From Syntrophomonadaceae bacterium (lineage in GTDB: Bacteria > Bacillota > Dethiobacteria > DTU022 > UBA8154), in NCBI GenBank assembly GCA_003561325.1, contig PWWY01000220.1, positions 1 through 29,099 of the forward strand: 29,099 nt of DNA, given 5' to 3'. The notes under the pieces were generated by a model. It was not told where the DNA came from, did not search any database, and worked only from the letters and a program-made list of their open reading frames with translations. Both the position numbers and the translations under genes were made by a program. This document shows positions 1 to 8,185 of the stretch, piece by piece (positions within the stretch are counted from its first letter, which is position 1; every line of letters starts with the position of its first letter).

Positions 1-1
1 G

Positions 2-1699
2 CCTTTCACCAAGCCGGCCCCCTGGGAACTGAAGCATACGGCTTCCACCTGTGGATATTGCGGGGTGGGATGCAGCATTAACATTGAAACGATCGGGGAT
101 ACGCTGGCCCGGGTTGTGCCCCTGGAAGGCCCGGTTAACCAGGGATTGCTCTGTAAAAGAGGGCGATTTGGATATGCTTACGTCAACAGCCCGGATCGAA
201 TTAAGAAACCCCTGATCCGGGAAAATGGGCAATTAAAGGAAACCTCCTGGGAAGATGCACTGGTGCATATTACCAAGAAGTTTAAGTCCCTGAAAGCCCG
301 TTTTGGAGGAGAAAGCCTGGCTGTATTTTCCAACCCCAGGTACACCAATGAAGAAAGCTACCTCATCCAGAAGTTCGCCCGGGCAACCCTGGGAACAAAC
401 AATATTAACAGTACGGCGGAAACGGCAACCCCCCTGGCAGAAATGTTCGGTTGGGATGCCTCGACCAATTCATATGAAGAGATCGGTACGGCGGACTTTA
501 TCCTGTCCGTGGGCGCTGACCTGCCTGATTATCCCATCGCCGGCTTGAAAATCAAGCAAGCCGTGGAAAAAGGGGCTACCTTGTGGACCGTTGACAGTCG
601 AGACGTGAAGTTAAAGCAGTACGCTTCCCGTTCTTTGAAGGTCGAGGAACAGGCTTCGGTTTCCCTGTTTGCCGCCCTGCTCCTTTATGCAAAACAAAAA
701 GAATTGGTAGACCAGGCCTTCGTGGAACAGTACACAGAGAATTTCGCCGACCTGGAGGCATGGCTTAGTAAGAAATCCATGGATGAGCTGCTTTCCGGCA
801 GCGGGGTATCGGAGCAAGATATTGCCGACCTGGTGGAGCGCTATGCCGCTGCCAAGACCCCCATCCTGGTCATGGGAAGCAACAACCTGGCCCCGGAGGC
901 GGTGCAGCTGTTGGCCGGCTTTGTGACCCTGCTTGGAAAAGTCGGAAAACCACGCCGCGGTATCATCTACCTGCGGGAGCGGTGCAACAGCCAGGGTATG
1001 CTGGATATGGGTGTTTCGACCCGTTATTTAACCGGTTACCAGCCGGTGGGCGATCCCGAGATCCGCAGCAAGTTCTCCAAGAAGTGGAAGGCGGAGGTTC
1101 CCCAGGCAGCAGGAAAAACCACGCAGCAGGTCCTGGAAGGCCTGGAAAACAAGACCATTAAAGGTGTGTTCGTTTTCGGTGAAGATATCGAGGAAGCCTG
1201 GATCGGCAAACTGGCCCAGGCTGAGCTGCTGGTCGTGCAGGATCTTTTCCTGACGGAGATTGCAAAAAAAGCCGATGTCGTCCTTCCCGCCGCTTCTTTT
1301 GCAGAAACTACGGGAAGCTATACCAACAGCGAGCGATTGATCCAAAAAGTTAATCCGGCGATAAAGCCCCTGACGAGTAAAGAGAACTGGGAAATACTCG
1401 TCAAACTGATGGAATACATGGGCTATAAACAAACAGCGAAATCCCTGCAAGATATTTGGGAAGAAATCCGCGCCCTGGCGCCTATCTTTAAAGGCACAAC
1501 CCTGGAGGTCCTGGATGAAGGCCACTTCTGGCCGGGAGGGCGGCCCATTTGTTCCGTCAATGATTTTGCACAAACGAAAGGTAAGATTCCCTTCAGCCCA
1601 CCGCTTAATCACGAAGCGGCATTCCTGGCAGGGAAATGGGCGGATAGCGTAGAAAAATGGTTCGTGCAGTATTTTGAGGAAAAAGGTCTTAAAGCATAA
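2..1699 (+). CDS. 5'-truncated molybdopterin-oxidoreductase-fold (FdhF/NuoG-like) Fe-S subunit lacking the Mo/W ligand; possible StnC/SfrA-type NAD(P)H oxidoreductase subunit
   Basis: The frame is open from base 2 (PFTKPAPWELKHTASTCGYCGVGC...). It has the CxxCxxxC...LCKRGRFG 4Fe-4S motif, plus LVVQDLFLTE and VVLPAASFAETTGSYTNSER motifs. The CARL(C/U)H site is replaced by GTNNINSTA, and the C-terminal dinucleotide-binding barrel appears absent. Confidence 0.8.
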   Translation, partial: PFTKPAPWELKHTASTCGYCGVGCSINIETIGDTLARVVPLEGPVNQGLLCKRGRFGYAYVNSPDRIKKPLIRENGQLKETSWEDALVHITKKFKSLKARFGGESLAVFSNPRYTNEESYLIQKFARATLGTNNINSTAETATPLAEMFGWDASTNSYEEIGTADFILSVGADLPDYPIAGLKIKQAVEKGATLWTVDSRDVKLKQYASRSLKVEEQASVSLFAALLLYAKQKELVDQAFVEQYTENFADLEAWLSKKSMDELLSGSGVSEQDIADLVERYAAAKTPILVMGSNNLAPEAVQLLAGFVTLLGKVGKPRRGIIYLRERCNSQGMLDMGVSTRYLTGYQPVGDPEIRSKFSKKWKAEVPQAAGKTTQQVLEGLENKTIKGVFVFGEDIEEAWIGKLAQAELLVVQDLFLTEIAKKADVVLPAASFAETTGSYTNSERLIQKVNPAIKPLTSKENWEILVKLMEYMGYKQTAKSLQDIWEEIRALAPIFKGTTLEVLDEGHFWPGGRPICSVNDFAQTKGKIPFSPPLNHEAAFLAGKWADSVEKWFVQYFEEKGLKA

Positions 1700-1728
1700 G
1701 GATACTAAAAAATCAAGGAGGTTAAACG

Positions 1729-2613
1729 ATGGCAGCAAAAGTTATTTCCGGAAAACAGGTCGCTGAAGAAATTAGGGGAGAACTAAAGCAAAAAGTCGCT
1801 GAACTGAAGGAAAAGGGGATTGTCCCCGGTCTGGGTGTGGTGCTGGTAGGTGAGGATCCCGCTTCGATTTCCTATGTCACCAGCAAGGCAAAGGGATGCT
1901 AAGAGATCGGGATGTACGAAGAAACCATCCGACTGCCGGCAGATGCGACAGAAGAAGAGGTATTGAAGACCGTTGATGGACTGAACAAGGACCCGAAAAT
2001 TAGCGGCATTCTCGTCCAACTTCCCTTACCGGACCACATCAGCGTTGACCGGGTTATCGGCTATATTTCACCGGAAAAAGATGTAGATGGATTCCACCCC
2101 GTTAACCTGGGCAAATTGCTGCGGGGAGAGCCCTGTCCCCTGCCCTGTACACCCCACGGTGTGAAGCAGCTCCTGGTCCGCTCCGGGAATGATCCCGCCG
2201 GAAAACACGTTGTTGTTTGCGGTCGCAGCAATATTGTCGGGAAGCCTTTAGCGGCCATTTTAATGCAAAAAGCAGAAGGCGCCAATGCCGTTGTCACCGT
2301 GGTTCACACCGGGGCCAAGGACATCAGCTATTATACCAAGCAAGCGGATATTTTAGTGGCTGCCATGGGACGTCCAAATGCGATTACGGCAGATATGGTG
2401 AACGAAGGCACGGTAGTGATTGACGTTGGCGTGAATCGTGTTCCAGATTCTTCGAAAAAAAGCGGTTTCCGCCTGGCTGGAGACGTCGATTATGAGCCTG
2501 TTGCAGAGAAAGCGTCATACATTACCCCGGTACCGGGTGGAGTGGGCCCGATGACCGTCACCATGCTGCTTTATAATACCGTTGAGGCAGCGATCTGGTT
2601 AAACCAGGGTTAG
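1729..2613 (+). pseudogene. folD: FolD paralog 1 (methylene-THF dehydrogenase/cyclohydrolase) interrupted by an in-frame TAA at 1900-1902
   Basis: SD AAGGAGG precedes ATG 1729. The frame reads MAAKVISGK...[20 protein letters not shown], the same frame as ORF 1912..2613. [27 protein letters not shown] and [11 protein letters not shown] are intact. Could be a real nonsense allele or a base-call error. Confidence 0.85.
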
Positions 2614-2625
2614 GAGGTAGACTGG

Positions 2626-3480
2626 ATGCCCGCCAACCTGATTAAAGGGGATGAAGTGGCAGAAAGCGTTCGCACAGAAATTGTGAAAGAGCTGGGCCGC
2701 ATCTATGATGAAACGGGCCTGGTCCCCGGTCTTGCCGTTGTATTGGTCGGGCAAAACCCTGCTTCCCTGTCGTATGTGATCAACAAGGAAAAACAGAGTA
2801 AGAAGTTGGGGTTCTATTCAGAAGTTCGGCGCTTGCCAGAGGATATCTCCCAGGATGACTTGCTTGAGGTGATAGAAGAACTCAACGAGGATGAAAAAAT
2901 CCACGGTTTCATGGTGCAGCTGCCCCTGCCTGAACACCTTGACGAGCGCGCCATCTTGACAGCGATTGATCCTGAAAAAGATATTGACGGCACACATCCC
3001 ATTAATATGGGCAAACTGTTTAGTGACGAAAAGGGCTTCATCGCCTGCACGGCACACAGTATTTTGCACATGATCGAACACACGAAGCAGCCGGTGTATG
3101 GAAAATCTGCCGTGCTGATTGGCCGAAGCAACATTGTGGGCAAGCCCCTGGCCTTGATCCTGCTGCGAAGAAATGCCTCCGTGACCCTATGCCATTCGAA
3201 AACGGTCGGCTTAGCGGACATTTGTCGCGAAGCGGATATCCTGGTCGCTGCTGCGGGCAGTACAGGGTTGGTCAAGGGCGACTGGGTCAAGCCTGGCGCC
3301 ATCGTAATCGACGTGGGTGTAACCCAGGTAGGAGACAGGCTCGTGGGCGACGTGGATTTTGACCAGGCGAAGGAAGTTGCGAGTTGGATATCACCCGTTC
3401 CAGGAGGCGTAGGGCCCATTACGATTACGATGTTGATGTGGAATGCGTTGGAAGCGTTTAAGTACAAGCTTGAAATCTGA
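2626..3480 (+). CDS. folD: FolD paralog 2, canonical motifs
   Basis: YVINK (YxxxK), [42 protein letters not shown] overlaps the upstream stop. Confidence 0.93.
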   Translation: MPANLIKGDEVAESVRTEIVKELGRIYDETGLVPGLAVVLVGQNPASLSYVINKEKQSKKLGFYSEVRRLPEDISQDDLLEVIEELNEDEKIHGFMVQLPLPEHLDERAILTAIDPEKDIDGTHPINMGKLFSDEKGFIACTAHSILHMIEHTKQPVYGKSAVLIGRSNIVGKPLALILLRRNASVTLCHSKTVGLADICREADILVAAAGSTGLVKGDWVKPGAIVIDVGVTQVGDRLVGDVDFDQAKEVASWISPVPGGVGPITITMLMWNALEAFKYKLEI

Positions 3481-3510
3481 ACGGGGATAAGACGGCTTTA
3501 TTGAAGAATA

Positions 3511-3582
3511 GGCATTTCAACCACGAAGAGGTCAGCTTTGGGGCCAGTGGATTACTCAGCTGGCCTCAAAGCTGGAAATGCC
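3511..3582 (+). other. Long intergenic stem-loop between folD2 and folD3
   Basis: 3533-3547 pairs with 3560-3574 (15 bp, one G-U). 3511-3518 GGCATTTC pairs with 3575-3582 GAAATGCC. 12-nt loop and 14-nt bulge. Confidence 0.7.
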
Positions 3583-3597
3583 GCTAGGGGGTCAAAC

Positions 3598-4440
3598 ATG
3601 GCCGCAAAAATTATTGATGGAGAACAGGCTGCAGTCGAGGTCAAGGAAAAGATCAAGCAAGATATTCAGTCTTTAAGTTCAGAAAAAGGCATTACACCTG
3701 GATTGGCGATCCTCGTTGTGAAAAGTCCTGTCGGCCGGGTCCACATTGCACAATTGAAAGAACGGACATGCCGACAGCTAGGGATCAAGTGCCGGGTCTT
3801 TAACCTGCCCGAAACCACAACGGATGAAGAAATTATCCACCTGATTGAACGACTCAACGATGCCGATCCTGTCCACGGGATTAACATTCACCCTCTACCA
3901 CCTCACCTGGACCACACCCTGATCTCGCAAATCGTAGAACCCCGCAAAGATGTCGAAGGGCTGCATTTTTTAAATATGGGAGATTTTTTAATCGGGGAGC
4001 ACCATATGCCGCCTTTCGTGGCCAAGGGGATTGTTAAGCTGATTGATTCAACCGGTGAAAAGATTGAAGGCAAAAGGGCTGTTGTTGTCGGACGCAGCCA
4101 GCTTGTTGGAAAACCGATAGCTTTCATGCTGCTGGAAAGAAATGCAACTGTCAGTATCGTTCATTCCCAGACCCCGGATCTTTCCGCTTTCACGGAGCAC
4201 GCGGATATCCTGGTAGTTGCCGTGGGGCACCCCTATACCATCACGGGGGAGATGGTGAAAGAGGGCGCAATCGTGATCGATGTTGGCCTAACCCAGGTTG
4301 GAACCCGCCTGGTGGGCGATGTCGACCACGCCGAAGTGCAGGAAAAGGCCAGCTGGATTACCCCGATCACGGGTGGCGTTGGCCCCGTGACCATCGCGAT
4401 GCTGCTGGACAACCTGGTCGAGGCCTGTAAGCTGTTATGA
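3598..4440 (+). CDS. folD: FolD paralog 3, divergent (altered cyclohydrolase residues)
   Basis: FolD fold motifs GRSQLVGKP, VIDVG, LVGDVD and GGVGPVT are present. The start is more likely ATG 3598 (SD AGGGGG, MAAKIIDG) than 3538. YxxxK, QLPLP, KDVDG and PCTP are altered. Confidence 0.85.
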   Translation: MAAKIIDGEQAAVEVKEKIKQDIQSLSSEKGITPGLAILVVKSPVGRVHIAQLKERTCRQLGIKCRVFNLPETTTDEEIIHLIERLNDADPVHGINIHPLPPHLDHTLISQIVEPRKDVEGLHFLNMGDFLIGEHHMPPFVAKGIVKLIDSTGEKIEGKRAVVVGRSQLVGKPIAFMLLERNATVSIVHSQTPDLSAFTEHADILVVAVGHPYTITGEMVKEGAIVIDVGLTQVGTRLVGDVDHAEVQEKASWITPITGGVGPVTIAMLLDNLVEACKLL

Positions 4441-5654
4441 AAAAGGATCTCATTTACCGTGTATCCCAGGTTAACCGCTACCTGAAACAGCTATTATTCC
4501 AAGATACCCTTTTACAGGATATCCAGGTCCTGGGTGAAATATCGAATTTCAAACATCATAAGCCCTCGGGACACATGTATTTTACGCTAAAAGAAGAAGA
4601 TCAAATCTTGCGTGCCGTTTTTTTTAAACACAAGAACCAGCACCTTACTTTTTTACCGGCCGAGGGGATGAGCGTGATCGCCCGGGGCAGCACCTCGATC
4701 TATGAACGCAGCGGGTATTTTCAACTGTATGTCGAGGAACTGGAACCTGAAGGACAGGGGGCGCTCTACCAGGCCTTTGAACAACTCAAAGAAAAACTAC
4801 AAGAACAAGGGCTTTTTGATGCGGCGCACAAAAAGCCCTTGCCCTATATTCCAAGGAAGGTTGGAGTGATCACTTCCCCCGGTGGCGCAGCGATTCGAGA
4901 TTTTATGACTACCCTGCAGCGGAGATTTCCCCTGGTCCAGCTGACCATCTTTCCTGTGGCCGTGCAGGGAAAAGAGTCTGCCGCACAAATCGTTAAGGCC
5001 CTGGAGACGATGGACCGGCGGAGGGAGTTTGATGTGCTGGTCCTCACCCGCGGCGGCGGTTCCCTGGAAGAGCTGTGGTCTTTTAATGACGAAGGCGTCG
5101 CCCGGGCCATTTTTCAAGCGAAAACTCCCGTGATTTCAGCTGTCGGGCACGAAACGGATTTCACCATCGCAGATTTTGTTGCCGACTACAGGGCTTCAAC
5201 ACCTACTGCAGCGGCGGAGCTCCTTGCCCCTGATAAAAACGAGCTGGAAAAACAGCTCCAGGTGATGAGCGTTCGCCTGGAAACCGCAATGAAGAACAGC
5301 CTCGCAGGCCGGCTGCATTTGCTGAAGCACCTTTCCAGCGCCAGGTTCCAGCGGTATTTGCGCGATAAGATCAATTACCACCTGCAGAGAATCGATGAGC
5401 TGTGGTCGAGGATGACGCGGAGCATCAAGCACGATTTACAGATCAAGCGCGCCACGGTAAAAAACCTGGAAGATCGCCTGCAGGCGTTGGATCCTACACG
5501 GGTTTTGGGGCGGGGATTTACCCTGGTCGTGGATGAAAATCAACAGCTGATCAAGCGCATCGGGCAGATAAAGGAAAATTGTGAGGTAGAAATTATTTTT
5601 GTCGATGGACGGGCTCGCTGCCTGGTCAAAGGAACCCAAAAAACAGGGGAGTAG
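4437..5654 (+). CDS. xseA: Exodeoxyribonuclease VII large subunit
   Basis: GEISNFK..SGHMYFTLK, VITSPGGAAIRD, RGGGSLEELWSFN, SAVGHETDFTIADFVAD...TPTAAAE. ATGA overlap with the folD3 stop. Confidence 0.96.
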   Translation: MKKDLIYRVSQVNRYLKQLLFQDTLLQDIQVLGEISNFKHHKPSGHMYFTLKEEDQILRAVFFKHKNQHLTFLPAEGMSVIARGSTSIYERSGYFQLYVEELEPEGQGALYQAFEQLKEKLQEQGLFDAAHKKPLPYIPRKVGVITSPGGAAIRDFMTTLQRRFPLVQLTIFPVAVQGKESAAQIVKALETMDRRREFDVLVLTRGGGSLEELWSFNDEGVARAIFQAKTPVISAVGHETDFTIADFVADYRASTPTAAAELLAPDKNELEKQLQVMSVRLETAMKNSLAGRLHLLKHLSSARFQRYLRDKINYHLQRIDELWSRMTRSIKHDLQIKRATVKNLEDRLQALDPTRVLGRGFTLVVDENQQLIKRIGQIKENCEVEIIFVDGRARCLVKGTQKTGE

Positions 5655-5694
5655 CTCATTCCCGTGTTAACCTGTTAAAGGAGGGAAGTTTGCC

Positions 5695-5934
5695 TTGACG
5701 GAGAAGCCTTTAGAAGACCTATCCTTTGAAGAGGCCATCAAAAAACTGGAAATCACCATTGAAAAACTGGAGAAGGAAGAGCTAACCCTGGAAGAAACCC
5801 TGCAAAATTTCCAGGAAGGGATGAAGTTGACCCAACACTGTAAAAGGATCCTGGGCCAGGCGGAAGAAAAAGTTGAACTGCTCCTCGAAGATGGGACAAC
5901 AGTAGAGTTCAGCACTGAGAACGATCTGGCATAA
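5695..5934 (+). CDS. xseB: Exodeoxyribonuclease VII small subunit
   Basis: SFEEAIKKLE...LTLEETLQNFQEGMKL...AEEKVELL. SD AGGAGG, TTG start, directly after xseA. Confidence 0.95.
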   Translation: MTEKPLEDLSFEEAIKKLEITIEKLEKEELTLEETLQNFQEGMKLTQHCKRILGQAEEKVELLLEDGTTVEFSTENDLA

Positions 5935-5972
5935 AGAAGCTGAGGAGTATTTCAGGAGACGAGGGTTGCGGC

Positions 5973-6899
5973 ATGAAGAACAATCCGGAGCTTTTCAAGA
6001 AACAGGCTGCGCTTGTGGAACAGGCCATGGACCTCTACTTACCCGCGAAGGACTGCTATCCCCAGAACATTCATAAAGCCATGCGCTACAGCGTTTTTGC
6101 AGGAGGAAAACGCATCCGCCCCACCTTACTCCTGCTTGCCACGGAGCTCTTCACGGAAAACACCTCCCAGGCTGTGCCGGCAGCATGTGCCGTGGAGTTT
6201 ATTCACACGTATTCCCTGATCCACGACGATCTGCCCGCCATGGACGACGATGCCTACCGACGGGGTCAGCCGACCTGCCATAAGGCCTTCGGTGAAGCCA
6301 TTGCCATCCTGGCGGGAGACGCTTTGCTGACCCTGGCCTTTGAGGTTTTGAGCCTCCATAACCCTGCGGCGGGCCACAACCCTTTTTCCGCTGCTTATGC
6401 TTTGCACGTCACGCCCGCGACCCGGCTGCGGGTGATCCATGAAGTTGCCCAGGCTTCCGGTGTCAACGGCATGATCGGGGGCCAGGTTGTCGACATGGAA
6501 TCTGAAGGGCAAAACCCTGACCAGGACGTGATCGCTTACATCAACCAGAAAAAAACCGGCGCTTTGATCGAGGCTTCCCTACGAGCCGGTGTACTGCTGG
6601 GAGGAGGCCGGGAGGAGGACCTGTCCCGCCTGGGTCGTTTCGGCGCATTATTGGGCGAAGCGTTTCAACTGGTTGACGACCTTCTCGATGTGCAGGGAGA
6701 TCTGCATAAAATGGGTAAAGCAGCCGGGATGGATGCGCAGCGGGAAAAGGCCACCTTTTTGGCGTCCCAGGGTCTGCAAGAGACCATGGACAGGCGTGAC
6801 GAACTCTATCACCAGACCGTATCCCTCCTGGCGCCCTACGAAGAAGCGGCCAGGTCCCTGCAAGAAGTCACCGGGTTCGTTTTTTACAGGGACTACTGA
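5973..6899 (+). CDS. ispA: Geranyltranstransferase / polyprenyl diphosphate synthase
   Basis: GGKRIRP, first Asp-rich motif HDDLPAMDDDAYRRG, GMIGGQVVD, KTGAL, second Asp-rich motif FQLVDDLLD. Confidence 0.95.
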   Translation: MKNNPELFKKQAALVEQAMDLYLPAKDCYPQNIHKAMRYSVFAGGKRIRPTLLLLATELFTENTSQAVPAACAVEFIHTYSLIHDDLPAMDDDAYRRGQPTCHKAFGEAIAILAGDALLTLAFEVLSLHNPAAGHNPFSAAYALHVTPATRLRVIHEVAQASGVNGMIGGQVVDMESEGQNPDQDVIAYINQKKTGALIEASLRAGVLLGGGREEDLSRLGRFGALLGEAFQLVDDLLDVQGDLHKMGKAAGMDAQREKATFLASQGLQETMDRRDELYHQTVSLLAPYEEAARSLQEVTGFVFYRDY

Positions 6900-6942
6900 T
6901 GGATTGTTCCCTGGTTGATCACAAGCAGGCATTTGTAAAATC

Positions 6943-6971
6943 TTGAGATAAAGAAAGCAGTGTGCTATAAT
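6943..6971 (+). promoter_or_regulatory. SigmaA-type promoter for the OLE RNA
   Basis: TTGAGA (6943-6948), 17-bp spacer, TATAAT (6966-6971) with extended TG at 6963-6964. Predicted start ~6977-6979, just before the OLE 5' strand. Confidence 0.8.
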
Positions 6972-6983
6972 TGAATTGGGACA

Positions 6984-7547
6984 TAGGTGGTGCAGTATTC
7001 TAGTTAGGCAAACGCTTCTGAAGGCGGGCCTAAAAATCCGCCAAAGGGCACATCGATGAAGTTCCTGGTGCCGGCTGCCGAAGCCCAGTCGGGGGTTGGT
7101 GCTGGGAGTTAAGGAGGATGGGGCGATCTACAAAGGCATGTAGGCGTTGACCCTACCTCCGTGGAGACCTAAGTTCGTGGTTAATTGCCTTACTGGGAAA
7201 GCGCTACGGCTTAGGCTAGAACCTGTGTGCGGCAGACGCTGGGCACAGTGTAGCCTGCCTTGAGTGGTTCTGCGGGGAGAAAGGCAGCGTGCTGTCTTAG
7301 GAAACCAGGACTGCAAAAGAGGCTAGGAAGCGTAAATGCACTATCGAGGAAAACTCCTAGACTGTTCCCACCTTCGGGAGATCTTGCGGGGATTAAAGTG
7401 CGGTCTTAGTGGCAATCCAGCCCTGCCGGTGGCAACACGGCAGAGATGCCTTTAAAAGGAAACTGCCCTCTGGCAACAGCGTGGCAGGCATCTGGGAAAA
7501 CCTGCTGGACCTGAAGCCGTAAAGTTTACCCGCATGATTGCCACCTA
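6984..7547 (+). ncRNA. ole: OLE (ornate, large, extremophilic) RNA
   Basis: Recognisable conserved OLE segments: GGTGCAGTATTCTAGT, CTAAAAATCCGC-AAAGGGCACATCGATGAAGTTCCTGGTGC, GCAGTGTAGCCTGCCTTGAGTGG-like, GAGGAAAACTCCTAGACTG, TTAGTGGCAAT and GTGGCAACAC. Closing stem TAGGTGG(6984-6990)/CCACCTA(7541-7547). GCAA and UUCG tetraloop hairpins. Canonical position between ispA and oapA-dxs-tlyA-nadK-recN. Confidence 0.93.
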
Positions 7548-7579
7548 GGTCCTTTATCAATAATGAGGTGTTTGAGGTT

Positions 7580-8173
7580 TTGGTCAACAACAAGCAAGCC
7601 CAGAGAAAGCAAAGAACGGTTCGCTGGATCCTTCAAGCCAGTATCTGGACTTTTTTTTTGGCCTCTGGTTTTGCTCTGATCACCCGGCTGCTCGTGCAGG
7701 GGATCAATTCCACCGTTGTTTCCTTTGTGATCCTTTTTCTGATTATTTTTATCGGCATCCTGTTTGATACCATTGGAACAGCCGTGGCGGCAGCGGATGA
7801 AACCCCTTTTCACTCCAAGGCTTCAAAGAAAATTTACGGGGCCAAAAAAGGGATTTATTTAGTTAAAAACGCTGAAAAAGTGGCCAATTTTTGCAACGAT
7901 GTGATCGGGGACATCAGCGGTGTGATCAGCGGCACCATCGGGGCCTTCATCATTATCAATCTCGCTCTCTTGCGCCCGGGGGTAAACGAACTGTACTTGA
8001 ACATCTTTCTCGCGGGGATGATTGCCGCGATCACCGTGGGGGGGAAGGCCGTAGGAAAGTACCTGGCGATCAATCATTCCACGGAAGTGGTTTTCTTGGC
8101 GGCGCGGTTTATGACAACCGTGGAAAAAATAACTTTTTGGGGAACAAACACGCAACAACAACGGCGTGGTTAA
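7580..8173 (+). CDS. oapA: OLE-associated membrane protein OapA (DUF21/CNNM-like TM domain)
   Basis: About four hydrophobic segments. Motifs FDTIG, AADExPFH, NFCNDVIGDI (DxxxD) and TVGGKA. Lies immediately 3' of OLE. TTG 7580 follows GAGGTG at 7565-7570; the ORF-track start at 7538 falls inside the OLE closing stem. Confidence 0.9.
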   Translation: MVNNKQAQRKQRTVRWILQASIWTFFLASGFALITRLLVQGINSTVVSFVILFLIIFIGILFDTIGTAVAAADETPFHSKASKKIYGAKKGIYLVKNAEKVANFCNDVIGDISGVISGTIGAFIIINLALLRPGVNELYLNIFLAGMIAAITVGGKAVGKYLAINHSTEVVFLAARFMTTVEKITFWGTNTQQQRRG

Positions 8174-8185
8174 TTCCCGGGGGAC

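Noticed and set aside
1900-1902. Selenocysteine or pyrrolysine recoding of the folD1 stop
   Set aside because: The codon is TAA, not TGA or TAG, and the position is non-catalytic.
6900-7579. The long structured non-coding gap as a group II intron, RNase P RNA or tmRNA
   Set aside because: No GUGYG 5' end or domain V, and no RNase P or tmRNA signature. Sequence blocks, closing stem and oapA context match OLE RNA.
7128-7813. Minus-strand ORFs 7128-7316, 7393-7593 and 7526-7813
   Set aside because: Short, antisense to OLE/oapA, with no recognisable motifs.
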